DNA of 64,000 nucleotides from Chamaesiphon sp. (GTDB lineage: Bacteria > Cyanobacteriota > Cyanobacteriia > Cyanobacteriales > Chamaesiphonaceae): NCBI GenBank assembly GCA_965246715.1, contig CBDFFH010000055.1, positions 96,001 through 160,000 on the forward strand. Reading direction: 5' to 3'. Position 1 is the first letter of the stretch; each line of letters starts with the position of its first letter. Of the stretch, positions 47,910-58,866 are shown piece after piece. The position numbers were made by a program, and so were the translations under genes. The notes beneath the pieces were generated by a model. That model did not search any database. It was not told the DNA's origin and worked only from the letters and a program-made list of their open reading frames with translations.

Positions 47910-49619
47910 ATGAGTTATCGAATGGAGCGTCGCGCTTATGCACAGACTTACGGCCCCACTACAGGCGATCGAGTTAGGCTCGCCGATACTGAGTTATTCA
48001 TCGAGATCGAGCGGGATCTGACTACTTATGGGGATGAAGTGAAGTTTGGCGGTGGCAAGGTGATTCGGGATGGGATGGGACAATCGCCGATCTCGAATGC
48101 CGATGGTGCTGTCGATACCGTCATTACCAATGCCGTGGTGCTGGATTGGTGGGGGATTATTAAGGCGGATGTCGGGATTAAGGATGGGAAGATTTATAAG
48201 GTAGGGAAGGCAGGAAATCCTTACATTCAGGATAATGTCGATATTATTATCGGCCCAGGGACGGAAATTATTGCTGGGGAGGGGTCGATTTTGACAGCCG
48301 GGGGGATCGATTCTCACATTCATTTTATCTGTCCGCAACAGATCGAAGTCGCGATCGCGTCCGGGATTACCACGATGATTGGGGGTGGGACTGGCCCAGC
48401 GGCGGGGACGAGTGCGACGACTTGCACGCCGGGGGTGTGGAACATGTACCGGATGCTCCAAGCTGCTGATGCGTTTCCGATGAATATTGGGTTATTGGGG
48501 AAGGGCAATAGCTCTCAACCGCAGGGTTTGGTGGAGCAGGTTGAGGCTGGCGCGATCGGGTTGAAGTTACATGAGGATTGGGGTACTACGCCAGCCACGA
48601 TCGATAATTGTCTGAGTGTAGCAGATGAGTACGACGTGCAGGTAGCAATTCACACCGATACCTTAAATGAAGCGGGATTTGTGGAAACGACGATCGCGGC
48701 TTTTAAAGGTCGAACGATCCATACTTATCATACCGAAGGCGCTGGCGGCGGTCATGCTCCAGATATTATTAAAGTTTGTGGCGAAGCCAATGTGTTGCCA
48801 TCTTCCACCAATCCGACGCGTCCGTATACCCTCAATACCCTCGACGAGCATTTAGATATGTTGATGGTGTGTCACCATCTCAGTCCCAGTATTCCCGAAG
48901 ATGTTGCCTTTGCCGAGTCGCGAATTCGACGGGAAACGATCGCAGCTGAAGATATCCTCCACGATTTGGGCGCATTTAGTATGATTTCCTCCGATTCGCA
49001 GGCAATGGGGCGGATTGGCGAGACAATTATTCGGACGTGGCAAACGGCGCACAAAATGAAAATCCAACGCGGTAGTTTGTCACAAGATCGTCAACCGGCG
49101 GATAATTTACGTGCCAAACGTTATATCGCCAAATATACAATCAATCCCGCAATTACCCACGGGATCGCTAATTATGTCGGATCGATCGAACCTGGCAAAA
49201 TTGCCGATTTAGTCCTGTGGAAACCAGCTTTTTTTGGTGTCAAACCAGAGACAGTAATCAAAGGTGGACTAATTGCTTGGGCGCAGATGGGCGATGCAAA
49301 TGCGAGTATTCCTACGCCTCAACCCGTCCACATGCGCCCGATGTTTGGCAGTTATGGGGGCGCGAGAACTAATACCGCTTTTACGTTTGTTTCTCAGGTA
49401 GCTTTAGAGCGAAACTTGCCCCAACAGTTACAGTTACAAAAACAAGCTTTAGCCGTAGTGGGGACACGGCAGATTAGCAAACGCGACATGAAATTAAACG
49501 ATTTGCTACCCCAGATTGAAGTCAATCCTGAAACGTATGAAGTTAGAGCAAATGGAGAATTACTTACCTGCGAACCCGCAACGATTTTACCGATGGCACA
49601 ACGATATTTTTTGTTTTAA
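47910..49619 (+). CDS. ureC: Urease subunit alpha
   Basis: [50 protein letters not shown]. Confidence 0.98.
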   Translation: MSYRMERRAYAQTYGPTTGDRVRLADTELFIEIERDLTTYGDEVKFGGGKVIRDGMGQSPISNADGAVDTVITNAVVLDWWGIIKADVGIKDGKIYKVGKAGNPYIQDNVDIIIGPGTEIIAGEGSILTAGGIDSHIHFICPQQIEVAIASGITTMIGGGTGPAAGTSATTCTPGVWNMYRMLQAADAFPMNIGLLGKGNSSQPQGLVEQVEAGAIGLKLHEDWGTTPATIDNCLSVADEYDVQVAIHTDTLNEAGFVETTIAAFKGRTIHTYHTEGAGGGHAPDIIKVCGEANVLPSSTNPTRPYTLNTLDEHLDMLMVCHHLSPSIPEDVAFAESRIRRETIAAEDILHDLGAFSMISSDSQAMGRIGETIIRTWQTAHKMKIQRGSLSQDRQPADNLRAKRYIAKYTINPAITHGIANYVGSIEPGKIADLVLWKPAFFGVKPETVIKGGLIAWAQMGDANASIPTPQPVHMRPMFGSYGGARTNTAFTFVSQVALERNLPQQLQLQKQALAVVGTRQISKRDMKLNDLLPQIEVNPETYEVRANGELLTCEPATILPMAQRYFLF

Positions 49620-49675
49620 GTTCTCGTAAATAACGGCTGATGGCTCGGCTAGAATATCGATCTATAAATATAATA

Positions 49676-49714
49676 CCCAGATACCCGACTTCCTAATAGT
49701 AATGGGGATCTGGG
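49676..49714. repeat. Palindromic repeat/terminator (AGAT(A)CCCGACTTC...GGGGATCT family) between convergent ureC and KGK genes
   Basis: cccagatacccgacttc...ggggatctggg; half-copy aagaagtcggggatct at 6493-6508. Confidence 0.5.
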
Positions 49715-49795
49715 ATCGATAACGTTTGGCATTTTTGGTTTGACGATTGGTTTGACTTACTAGCAAGTACCCACTAGTTATCTCGATCGATCGGT

Positions 49796-50296
49796 TTATT
49801 GCCCGTTGGTATGAATACCTGTAAACACATACTCACTGTTAACATATTCATCAGAAGATAAATCTTCATTCTGGCTCAATCTCTCAGCTTGCCAAGCATC
49901 TGACTGACTGGAATTAGAGTGACGATCGCGGATTGTTGGCTCGGGAAAATCACCAGGAAGTAGCTTTTTGTCACCAGTATCTTCTACTAAAAATTCAACT
50001 GAAACCTGGACTCTAACTTTACCCTTACACCACCGTCGAGTTGCCAAATCGAGGATTTCACAATTAATTCCTTCCTCGAACCATTGACAGTGTTCGTTTG
50101 CCAACCGCGTCGAACCGATCATCCTCACGGGAATCTCCAATCCGTGTTGGCGTAACTTCTGATCGATCGCTCTACCAACCGAGCCATCAAAAGATTGAGC
50201 GATCGCTTTCTTTAGTTTTCCAGAGCGAAACATGGCCTCACCAAAGGCAATTACATCGTCGTCACCACAATCATAAGGAATTAGATTATTCGTCAT
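49796..50296 (-). CDS. KGK-domain protein
   Basis: WFEEGINCEIL....WCKGKVRVQVSVEF signature; likely start ATG 50296. Confidence 0.85.
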   Translation of the reverse strand: MTNNLIPYDCGDDDVIAFGEAMFRSGKLKKAIAQSFDGSVGRAIDQKLRQHGLEIPVRMIGSTRLANEHCQWFEEGINCEILDLATRRWCKGKVRVQVSVEFLVEDTGDKKLLPGDFPEPTIRDRHSNSSQSDAWQAERLSQNEDLSSDEYVNSEYVFTGIHTNGQ

Positions 50297-50814
50297 AACA
50301 ATTTTTGTTATCAAAGGTTCCTAGAATATACCATTAACATGATGCCACAAATATAATCTAACTAGTCTTAATCTAGATAACCGGCAATCGCAATTGCGAC
50401 TCGCTCGATCTAAGTCGGGGCAACCTAGATTTAGCACTCACGAATCCGCACTTAATCTGTGCGTAAATTTAGGTGGTACCTCTTTTGCTATTGTGCCCAC
50501 AATATTTACAGATCGTGAGGTAGATGTGAGAGTCTGAGTTCGACGATCTGTGGCATGGCGATCCGCTGAGAATTTTTGAGTGCGGGTATAGCGATCGAAC
50601 CGATAATTGGCATCGCTGCAATAATTTATTCCGCCGATCGACTACAACGAGCCAAACTACACGATCGAGATGGGGATTGCGGTAGGGATCGATAACTTCA
50701 GTAATAAATATTTACGCGATGGCGTTCGTATCTTACCACTTTCTTACTCTCGTTACCCATCACCGATCGATTTCTCGATCGGTGAGATTGCCCTTCATGG
50801 GGACTGCCCACCCG

Positions 50815-52295
50815 ATTCGTGACAAGTTAAGAAAAACCGAGGGTTGTCAAGGGGAGAAAGAAAAAATGTCAAACTGTTACTAGCAAAGAGTTAGAACCAA
50901 ATTTGACACATGCCTAAAAAGCGGACAACAAATCGCGACCACGCCAAGCGACAACAACGTCCGATGATGGAAGAGGAGGTGATAGCAGCACAATTAGAAC
51001 AGCTAGTCACGCCAGCAGTACTAGCACAAGAAAAGTACTATCGCCAACTCGGAATGAGGGATAGAATACTGAATCTGCCGCTGATGGTAGCAGCAGTGCT
51101 GACACTAATTTGGCGAGACGTAGCTGGAGTCAGAGAACTCAGCAGAATACTCGCCAGAGAAGGATTTCTCTGGTGCGAACCAACACAAGTCAGCCAACAA
51201 GCATTATCACAGAGATTTTTGACATTTCCCGCTGAAATATTTGAGCGAATATTTAGAGAATTACTGCCAGAATTCGAGCGAAAATGGCACAGTCGCAACA
51301 AAAGACAACTACCCTCCAGTATTCAATTTGCCCGAACTAAATTTGCTAGAGTTTGGGCTAGTGACGGTTCAACATTAGAAGCAATCTTCAAGAAATTAGA
51401 AAGTCTGACAGATGTGCCAAAAAATCAATTAGCTGGAAAAATAGGAGTAGTCATCGATCTAGTAACCCGACTACCAGTAGAAATTTGGTTTGAGTCGAAT
51501 GCCAAAGCTAGTGACATGAAGTTTGAGGCAGATATCCTAAAGCTAGTCAAGCCCCAGACATTAATTTTACTAGATCGAGGATTTTGTCATTATCTGTTTT
51601 GGCAACAACTAATCGAAAGGAATGTTCATGTAATTACCCGCCTAAACAACAAAGCATCATTTACCGTCGAGAGCGCATTCACGAATAGTTACAGCATCCG
51701 CGACCGAATAGTAACAATGGGTGCTGGTAATAAAACAACTCCATGTATCACGATGAGATTAGTGGAAATCAAAATGGGTAAAGCTTGGTACTCTTATCTA
51801 ACTAGCGTGCTTGACCCATTAATTTTACCACCCTACGTAGTTGCCGATTTGTATGGTAGAAGATGGCGAATAGAAGAGGCATTTAATATTGTCAAACGAT
51901 TGTTAGGATTGAGTTATATCTGGACAGGCTCACTTAATGGTATTAAGTTGCAACTCTGGGGGACTTGGCTATTTTATATTGTATTAGTCGATCTTGGCGA
52001 TGCGATTGCTGATGAGCTATCTCTTCCTTTTGACCGCATTTCTTTAGAGATGATTTATCGTGGTCTTTACCATTTTTATGTTGCCCATCACAAAGGTTTA
52101 GCTACCGACCCCATTAAATATTTTGCAGCTCCTGAAAATAGAGATTTAGGTATTATTAAATCTATCCGAAAGCCATTCAAGAAATTAATGATTGACCCCT
52201 TTCCCGACCAAGCGAGCAGGGAAGGCTCATTCTTTTTTGAGCCTTCCGCTCAACCCGGCTTGACAACTGCGCTCGCTCCTTAACTTGTCACGAAT
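50815..52295 (+). mobile_element. IS4-family insertion sequence
   Basis: Perfect 17-bp TIR ATTCGTGACAAGTTAAG / CTTAACTTGTCACGAAT with 11-bp flanking DR CTGCCCACCCG (alternatively 18-bp TIR plus 9-bp DR). Confidence 0.93.
50910..52283 (+). CDS. IS4-family DDE transposase
   Basis: DGSTLE, LLDRGF, LYGRRWRIEEAFNIVKR (YREK motif). Confidence 0.95.
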   Translation: MPKKRTTNRDHAKRQQRPMMEEEVIAAQLEQLVTPAVLAQEKYYRQLGMRDRILNLPLMVAAVLTLIWRDVAGVRELSRILAREGFLWCEPTQVSQQALSQRFLTFPAEIFERIFRELLPEFERKWHSRNKRQLPSSIQFARTKFARVWASDGSTLEAIFKKLESLTDVPKNQLAGKIGVVIDLVTRLPVEIWFESNAKASDMKFEADILKLVKPQTLILLDRGFCHYLFWQQLIERNVHVITRLNNKASFTVESAFTNSYSIRDRIVTMGAGNKTTPCITMRLVEIKMGKAWYSYLTSVLDPLILPPYVVADLYGRRWRIEEAFNIVKRLLGLSYIWTGSLNGIKLQLWGTWLFYIVLVDLGDAIADELSLPFDRISLEMIYRGLYHFYVAHHKGLATDPIKYFAAPENRDLGIIKSIRKPFKKLMIDPFPDQASREGSFFFEPSAQPGLTTALAP

Positions 52296-52348
52296 CTGCC
52301 CACCCGACTAGCTACAATAGTTAAATTATTAGCGATCTTTGTTATCTT

Positions 52349-53323
52349 ATGCCGCCAACAGTCAGCCTCATTCGTGCCACGTCCTATGAAGCAGATCGAC
52401 TCCGCGAGTCCGTAGAAGCAGTATTAGCCCCATTGGGTGGGATGAGTGCTTTTGTCAAACCAGGCGATCGAGTTTTGCTCAAGCCGAACCTATTAACTGG
52501 AGCGCGTCCGACCAAAGAATGCGTTACGCGTCCGGAGCTAGTCAGATGCGTTGCCGAACTGGTAATTGCAGCGGGTGGGAAACCATTTTTTGGCGATAGT
52601 CCGGCATTTGGGAGTGCCTTGGGTGTGGCTAAATCTAATGGTTATTTGCCAATGATGGCCGAATTGGATTTACCAGTAGTTGAATTTCATGGCAAACGCT
52701 ACGAGACAGCGAGTACCGAGTTTAATCATTTGCTGCTGAGTAAAGAAGCGATCGAAGCCGATGTTATTATCAACTTGCCCAAAGTCAAATCTCACATGCA
52801 ATTGACGATGACATTGGGCGTGAAAAATCTGTTTGGCTGCGTTCCTGGCAAAATGAAAGCTTGGTGGCACATGGAAGCAGGTAAAAGTGCCGAGCGATTT
52901 GGCGAAATGTTGGTGGAGACCGCCCGCGCGATCGACCCAACTTTGACCATTATCGATGGTATTATCGGACATGAAGGAAATGGCCCCAGCGGTGGCGAAC
53001 CTCGGGAATTGGGCGTTTTAGGTGCCGCTGCGAATGTATTTGCGCTCGATGTCGCCATGCTCGAACTGTTGAATATCGAGGCACATTTAGTCCCGACGGC
53101 GGCAGCGGCACAGCGATTGGGATTGGCTCCAGCATTAAGTGAGATCGAGTTTCCCCTGTTGCGTCCGGTAGACTTAAGCTGCAGCGATTGGCAGCTTCCC
53201 GCCGCCCTGATGCCGATCGATTTTGCCCTCCCCCGCGTCATCAAATCTACATTCCGTCACCTCTACATCCGCTTCATCAAAGAACCGATGGTTGCCTATC
53301 AAGGCTCTGGCACAGATAAATAA
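52349..53323 (+). CDS. DUF362-family protein
   Basis: VLLKPNLL, GDSP, INLPKVKSH, GVKNLFGCVPG, DGIIGHEGNGP. Confidence 0.9.
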   Translation: MPPTVSLIRATSYEADRLRESVEAVLAPLGGMSAFVKPGDRVLLKPNLLTGARPTKECVTRPELVRCVAELVIAAGGKPFFGDSPAFGSALGVAKSNGYLPMMAELDLPVVEFHGKRYETASTEFNHLLLSKEAIEADVIINLPKVKSHMQLTMTLGVKNLFGCVPGKMKAWWHMEAGKSAERFGEMLVETARAIDPTLTIIDGIIGHEGNGPSGGEPRELGVLGAAANVFALDVAMLELLNIEAHLVPTAAAAQRLGLAPALSEIEFPLLRPVDLSCSDWQLPAALMPIDFALPRVIKSTFRHLYIRFIKEPMVAYQGSGTDK

Positions 53324-53335
53324 GCTATTAGAATG

Positions 53336-53375
53336 ACCCACCCCGCCCTACGGGCACCCCTCCGAGGAGGGGAAT
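53336..53375. repeat. Second copy of the double-hairpin repeat at 14528, followed by (AGCCACT)x3 STRR-like heptamers
   Basis: acccaccccgccctacgggcacccctccgaggaggggaat. Confidence 0.85.
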
Positions 53376-53429
53376 TGTATTAATTTACCAGCCACTAGCC
53401 ACTAGCCACTAAACCCTATCCTCTAAATC

Positions 53430-54611
53430 ATGCAATACCGCCGCTTCGGACGTACCAATCTCCAGATGCCAGTTTTTTCTTGTGGAGGAATGCGCTATCA
53501 ACATAAATGGCAAGATGTGCCGCTAGCGGAGATTCCCGCTGACAATCAACAAAATTTAGCAGCGACGATCCATCGATCGCTAGAATTGGGATTGAATCAT
53601 ATCGAAACCGCCCGGTTTTATGGTTCGTCGGAAGTACAATTGGGGCAAGTATTACCCCAATTAAATCGTCAAGATTTTATCTTTCAAACTAAGGTTGCGC
53701 CTACTGCCGATCCGCAGGAATTTAGGAAAATGTTTGAGTTATGTCTGACGCGACTCAATCTAGATTATGTTGATTTGCTAGGCATTCATGGGATAAACGA
53801 TCGAGAAATGTCGGATTTTGCCCTGCGCGATGGGGGCTGTTGGGAAGTTGCCAAGCAATTGCAAGCTGAGGGCAAAGTTAGATTTATCGGGTTTTCTACC
53901 CATGCACCAACCGATCTAATTATTAATGCGATCGAGAGTGACAAATTCGATTATGTCAATCTCCATTGGTACTATATCAATCAAACCAATTGGAGTGCGA
54001 TCGAGGCAGCCACACGGCACGACATGGGTGTATTTATCATCAGTCCCACCAACAAAGGCGGACTGTTAAATAAACCATCGGCGAAACTAGTCGAGCTGTG
54101 CCAGCCGTTAAGTCCGATCGTGTTTAATAATCTTTTCTGTCTGAGTCATCCGCAGGTGCATACTCTCAGCATCGGTGCGGCTACCGCTAGCGATTTTGAT
54201 GAGCACATGCAGACATTACCATTACTCGATCGCGCCAGCGAGATTTTACCACCAATTATCGATCGACTCGAACGCGAAGCAGCAGCTAAACTGGGGACAG
54301 AATGGATGCAGACGTGGCGGGAAGGCTTACCTGCACTGGCGGATACTCCAGGTAATATTAATATCGCTACCATCCTCTGGCTGCGAAATCTGGCGATCGC
54401 GTATGACATGGTAGAGTATGGGCAAATGCGCTACAATCTTCTCGAAAATGGCGGTCATTGGTTCCCTGGTGCAAAAGCAACTAATATCGCCGAACTTGAT
54501 TTCTCTACCTGTCTGGCAAATAGTCCTCACGCTGCCAAAATTCCGGCTTTGTTGGTGGAAACCGATCGACTGCTCGGTGGGATGGAAATCAAACGATTAT
54601 CCCAGAGTTAA
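53430..54611 (+). CDS. Aldo/keto reductase family protein
   Basis: MQYRRFGRT, HIETARFYG, GFSTH, DMGVFIISP. Confidence 0.9.
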   Translation: MQYRRFGRTNLQMPVFSCGGMRYQHKWQDVPLAEIPADNQQNLAATIHRSLELGLNHIETARFYGSSEVQLGQVLPQLNRQDFIFQTKVAPTADPQEFRKMFELCLTRLNLDYVDLLGIHGINDREMSDFALRDGGCWEVAKQLQAEGKVRFIGFSTHAPTDLIINAIESDKFDYVNLHWYYINQTNWSAIEAATRHDMGVFIISPTNKGGLLNKPSAKLVELCQPLSPIVFNNLFCLSHPQVHTLSIGAATASDFDEHMQTLPLLDRASEILPPIIDRLEREAAAKLGTEWMQTWREGLPALADTPGNINIATILWLRNLAIAYDMVEYGQMRYNLLENGGHWFPGAKATNIAELDFSTCLANSPHAAKIPALLVETDRLLGGMEIKRLSQS

Positions 54612-54643
54612 TCGCACTAAATAAACCGATCGATCTTTATCTA

Positions 54644-54672
54644 TTGACTGTTCTCTATAATCGTGGTATCTT
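54644..54672 (+). promoter_or_regulatory. Sigma70-type promoter of tRNA-Leu
   Basis: TTGACT-17 nt-TATCTT with TGn extended -10. Confidence 0.65.
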
Positions 54673-54714
54673 AGCAAAGGACGTAAAATGCACCTCAACA
54701 ACAAAGATAAACGA

Positions 54715-54798
54715 GCGGATGTGGCGGAATTGGTATACGCGCACGCTTGAGGTGCGTGTGGCATTGTGTCCTTGGGAGTTCGAGTCTCCCCATCCGCA
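54715..54798 (+). tRNA. trnL: tRNA-Leu (anticodon GAG), CCA not encoded
   Basis: Acceptor GCGGATG/CATCCGC, D-arm GGCGGAATTGGTATACGC, anticodon stem CACGC-TTGAGGT-GCGTG, long variable arm, GTTCGAGTC T-loop. Confidence 0.97.
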
Positions 54799-54805
54799 TA
54801 TATCT

Positions 54806-54842
54806 AAAAAAAAGGATAAGCTTAGCGCTTATTCTTTTTTTT
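54806..54842. terminator. Bidirectional intrinsic terminator after tRNA-Leu
   Basis: A-tract-ggataagc-ttagc-gcttattc-T-tract. Confidence 0.75.
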
Positions 54843-54854
54843 GGGGCGTAATTT

Positions 54855-55022
54855 TTAAGTAGAGATCGATCGGCGCATTCGATCGGCATATTTCCAGGCC
54901 GAGCTGTAGTCAGTTCTGAGTAACTCCCAAAAATAGTCATCATCGAACGGCGTATAAGTAGGCGGTTTATTGATCTTCCGACGAGTTTTTTTGAATTGAC
55001 TGAGGATGGCAAATTGAGTCAT
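54855..55022 (-). CDS. Putative 55-aa small protein
   Basis: MTQFAILSQFKKTRRKINKPPTYTPFDDDYFWELLRTDYSSAWKYADRMRRSIST; starts 39 nt after the S9 peptidase stop and ends at the terminator. Confidence 0.45.
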   Translation of the reverse strand: MTQFAILSQFKKTRRKINKPPTYTPFDDDYFWELLRTDYSSAWKYADRMRRSIST

Positions 55023-55060
55023 GGAGAGGTAGATCCCGATCTGGTGCAGGCGGAGGATAA

Positions 55061-56989
55061 CTAGATGAAAATTTCGATCGGTTCGATTGATTCGGCTGGT
55101 TGGAAGCCAAATAGTTGAGAGTAAAAATAGAATTCGCCCGTCAGTGAGCGTTTGATGTTATCAGCTTGGCGGAAACCATGTTGCTCGTCGGGGAAGGTAA
55201 CATAGGCAACAGGGACATGTTTTACTTTGAGCGCATCGACCATCATTTCGGCTTGATTGGGGAGGACGACTTTATCCTCTAGGCCTTGGAAGAAGATAAT
55301 CGGACAGGACAATCGCTCGGTAAAATATAATGGCGATCTGGCACGATAGCTATCGGCACCAGCTGGATAAGGCGCAACTAAGCGATCGAGATAACGGGAT
55401 TCAAACTTGTGAGTATCTGTGGCCAAAGCCGCTAAATCGCTGACCCCATAATAGCTAGCGCCAGCCTTGAACACATCGCGGAATGTCAGCGCACATAGGG
55501 TTGTATAACCCCCAGCACTACCACCAGAGATAGCCATCCGATTGGCATCGGCCAATCCTTGCTGGGCTAAATATAGCGCAGCATTGGTACAATCATCGAC
55601 ATCGACAATCCCCCATTTACCATCAAGGCGATGCTGATAAGCTTTGCCGTAACCAGTACTGCCCCCATAATTTACGTCTACGACAGCAAAGCCGCGACTC
55701 GTCCAGTATTGGGTTTTGAGGTTGAGTTGGCTAGATGTCGCAGCGGTAGGGCCGCCGTGACTTTTGACTAATAGGGGCGGTTTCTCGCCTAAGAACGGTT
55801 GGTAGTCTTTGTTGGTGGGTGGATAATAAAAGGCATAGGCAGTCGCGCCATCGGTAGTGGGAAACTCGATCGATTCGGGGATGGAAAGGTAGCCAGGATC
55901 GATCTGGAGTTGGTTGGCACGTTTGAGCGGTTGTCGGATCTCGGTTTGAAGATCGATCGATATGACTTGATTGGGTTCGGTCGCTGAAGCCGCACAGCAG
56001 ACGACTAAATTACCCTGAGCGCGAATGCTCGAGATATCAGTGTAGGGTACATTTAGTGGGGTCAGATGCTTACTGAGAGTATTAACTAAAGCCAGATGCC
56101 AGATACCAGCTTGAGTATAGGCACAGACGATCCGATGTTTGCCAACCAGCGCGTATGTAGACATCCCAAACACCCATTGCGGGAGGCTAAACTCGGCCGC
56201 GAAGGGACAAACGGCTTCAACAGGGCCGCTACTCCAGCGATAGAGATTGCCCCACCCAGTGCGATCGCTGACAAAATATAATGTATCGTCAGATGACCAC
56301 TGTGGCTGAAAGATCGCTTCATGTGCGCCGCCAGCAATTAATGTCGGTGCCGACAAATAGCCATTATTAACGGTAGCAATTTGCAAATTGGTACCATCCC
56401 AAGGTAAATTTGGATGATTCCAACTCAACCAGGCTAATTTAGTGCCGCTGGGATTCAATCGTGGTGCGGCATAAAAATCACAACCGCCAACTAAAACATA
56501 GCTATCTTTGCCATCCTTGATGTTGATACTGACGATCGTATTGAGCGGTTCAAAGTCTACCGAGTCATGTTCTTCCTGAACGCAAATCAACCGTTGACGA
56601 GTAGTATCGATCGTCAGATCGGCATAGCGTTTCTTGGGGTCGCTCGTGATTTGACGAACTCGATCTGGCTGCTCGCTAGCTAAATCTTGGGCGTACAGAC
56701 AACCATCGCTATTGTTACTAAAATAAACTTGTCGATCGACCACTGTATAAGCCGCACCACCATACTCGTGAACGCGATTGCGAACATTGTATTCTGGTGG
56801 CGTAATATCGGTAATGCGACCGTCGAGCGTCCGCCTAACTACCACATTGCGTCCGGCTTCTTGAGGACGAGACTCCAGCCAATAAATATCGGTGCCATCT
56901 AAGACGATCGAACTCAGTCCGATACTATCGGCAACAATCGCATCAGCAGTAATCGGAGATTGCCAGGAACCAAATGCAGCAAGTTTCAT
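55061..56989 (-). CDS. S9-family (prolyl oligopeptidase/dipeptidyl aminopeptidase) peptidase
   Basis: HGGPT, NYGGSTGYG, GGSAGG nucleophile, DKVV, EQHGFR. Confidence 0.95.
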   Translation of the reverse strand: MKLAAFGSWQSPITADAIVADSIGLSSIVLDGTDIYWLESRPQEAGRNVVVRRTLDGRITDITPPEYNVRNRVHEYGGAAYTVVDRQVYFSNNSDGCLYAQDLASEQPDRVRQITSDPKKRYADLTIDTTRQRLICVQEEHDSVDFEPLNTIVSINIKDGKDSYVLVGGCDFYAAPRLNPSGTKLAWLSWNHPNLPWDGTNLQIATVNNGYLSAPTLIAGGAHEAIFQPQWSSDDTLYFVSDRTGWGNLYRWSSGPVEAVCPFAAEFSLPQWVFGMSTYALVGKHRIVCAYTQAGIWHLALVNTLSKHLTPLNVPYTDISSIRAQGNLVVCCAASATEPNQVISIDLQTEIRQPLKRANQLQIDPGYLSIPESIEFPTTDGATAYAFYYPPTNKDYQPFLGEKPPLLVKSHGGPTAATSSQLNLKTQYWTSRGFAVVDVNYGGSTGYGKAYQHRLDGKWGIVDVDDCTNAALYLAQQGLADANRMAISGGSAGGYTTLCALTFRDVFKAGASYYGVSDLAALATDTHKFESRYLDRLVAPYPAGADSYRARSPLYFTERLSCPIIFFQGLEDKVVLPNQAEMMVDALKVKHVPVAYVTFPDEQHGFRQADNIKRSLTGEFYFYSQLFGFQPAESIEPIEIFI

Positions 56990-57215
56990 AGTGGCGATCG
57001 AGATAATGTGTAGTGGCGATCGTCAGTATAATCGATCTCAACATTATACGAAAATAACACCGACACAAATCTTGCTTATCAAAAGTTCGCGTTGCTGGAT
57101 CGGCGCTCCCGACATGATGGTGATAATTTGAAATTATCCTTGGCGAAACCCTTTTCTAGCCAAGGTACTAGATTGATGCTAACAACAAACCGCTCGGCTT
57201 AGCCCCATCTAATAG

Positions 57216-58823
57216 TTATACTAACATTTCAAGCTGGTTCAAACTACAAGTCTGCGGCGATCGAACCAACAATCCATATTCAATCCCTTGCGCCACAGCT
57301 TGATAAGATGCTTCTAAAATATTGTCAGATACACCGATCGTTGTCCAGCGATGTTCGCCATTACTCGACTCGACTAAGACGCGGGTAATTGCCGATGTTC
57401 CTTCAGTACCATCGATAATTCGGACCTTATAATCAGTCAGATGGCATTTATTTAATTCTGGATAAAACTGGCTCAATGCCTTTCTTAAAGCTGCATCGAG
57501 TGCCGAGACTGGGCCATTTCCTTCAGCAGCTTCGAGAATATCTTGACCGTCTACGGTAATTTTAATCGTCGCTAAAGAGTGCTGCTGAGTCGCGATCGAG
57601 CAATGCACCTGAAAACCTTGAATCTGGAAGATTTCCGATCGTTGTCCCAAAATTTCGCGCATCAATAATTCAAAACTGGCTTCTGCCGCTTCAAATTGAT
57701 AACCTTGATGTTCTAATTCTTTGAGTTTGGCTAAAATTTGTCGCGTGCGCGGATCTTCTTTAGTGAGCGCAATATTCATTTCTGTCGCTTTAATCAGCAC
57801 GTTGCTCAACCCCGATTGTTCGGAAATCGAAATCCGCCGCGCGTTGCCTACTTGCATCGGCTCGATATGTTCGTAAGTGCGGGGATTGCGTTCGACAGCG
57901 GAAACATGAATTCCCCCTTTATGGCTGAACGCGCATCTACCCACAAAAGCGGCATAATCGTTGGGCGCAACGTTGACAACTTCGCTGACATATCTACTCA
58001 CTTGTGTCAATCGCGTTAAATCTGCTGCTGCCAGACAGGAATAGCCCAACTTGAGTTGCAGATTGGGAATTACCGAGCAGAGGTTGGCATTGCCACAGCG
58101 TTCGCCATAACCATTAATCGTGCCCTGTACCATCGTCGCGCCAGCCGTCACGGCCGCGATCGCATTAGCAACCGCCAGTTCGCTATCATTGTGACTGTGA
58201 ATGCCAAATTGTAACTGACGCTCGGGATCGACGGTACTAATTACCGCACTCACGATCGCATTAATATCTTGAGGCAAAGTGCCCCCATTCGTATCGCAAA
58301 ACACCAACCATTCAGCCCCAGCCGCGATCGCCGTTTTCAGCGTTTGCAGGGCGTATTCCGGATTTTCCCGATACCCATCGAACCAGTGCTCGGCATCATA
58401 AATTACCCGCCTGCCCTGAGAAATTAGATACTCGATCGAATCCCTAATCATCTCTAGATTCTCGCCTAAATTCGTCTTTAAGCCCTCGGTAACGTGCAGA
58501 TCCCAAGATTTACCAAAAATTGTCACCCAATTGGTTCCGGCGGCAATAATCGTCGCTAACATCCGATCTTCTGCGGCTAGTCCACCAGGGCGACGGGTCG
58601 AACAAAACGCCACTACTTCAGCCTGTTGCAACGGTTCTGCCTGCAATCGTTGAAAAAATTCCCCATCCTTGGGATTCGCCCCTGGCCAACCACCTTCAAT
58701 CCACGGTACCCCCAATCGATCGAGCTGCACGGCAATTTTCAGCTTATCTTCGACAGATAGCGTCAAGCCTTCCCGTTGCGAACCATCGCGGAGCGTCGTA
58801 TCGTAAATTTGGATCTGGGGCAT
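57216..58823 (-). CDS. cimA: Citramalate synthase
   Basis: YDTTLRDGSQREG, GGWPGANPKD, GKSWDLHV, HKGGIH, GNGPVSALD, DYKVRI. Confidence 0.93.
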   Translation of the reverse strand: MPQIQIYDTTLRDGSQREGLTLSVEDKLKIAVQLDRLGVPWIEGGWPGANPKDGEFFQRLQAEPLQQAEVVAFCSTRRPGGLAAEDRMLATIIAAGTNWVTIFGKSWDLHVTEGLKTNLGENLEMIRDSIEYLISQGRRVIYDAEHWFDGYRENPEYALQTLKTAIAAGAEWLVFCDTNGGTLPQDINAIVSAVISTVDPERQLQFGIHSHNDSELAVANAIAAVTAGATMVQGTINGYGERCGNANLCSVIPNLQLKLGYSCLAAADLTRLTQVSRYVSEVVNVAPNDYAAFVGRCAFSHKGGIHVSAVERNPRTYEHIEPMQVGNARRISISEQSGLSNVLIKATEMNIALTKEDPRTRQILAKLKELEHQGYQFEAAEASFELLMREILGQRSEIFQIQGFQVHCSIATQQHSLATIKITVDGQDILEAAEGNGPVSALDAALRKALSQFYPELNKCHLTDYKVRIIDGTEGTSAITRVLVESSNGEHRWTTIGVSDNILEASYQAVAQGIEYGLLVRSPQTCSLNQLEMLV

Positions 58824-58866
58824 AAATTGCGAGAAAATAGAAGTAGTTTAACTGTAGGTATCGATC

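Noticed and set aside
54644..55012. ORFs of 72 and 105 aa overlapping the tRNA; tRNA as an integration site
   Set aside because: The ORFs are shadows of tRNA-Leu; no duplicated tRNA 3' end or integrase is seen in the window.
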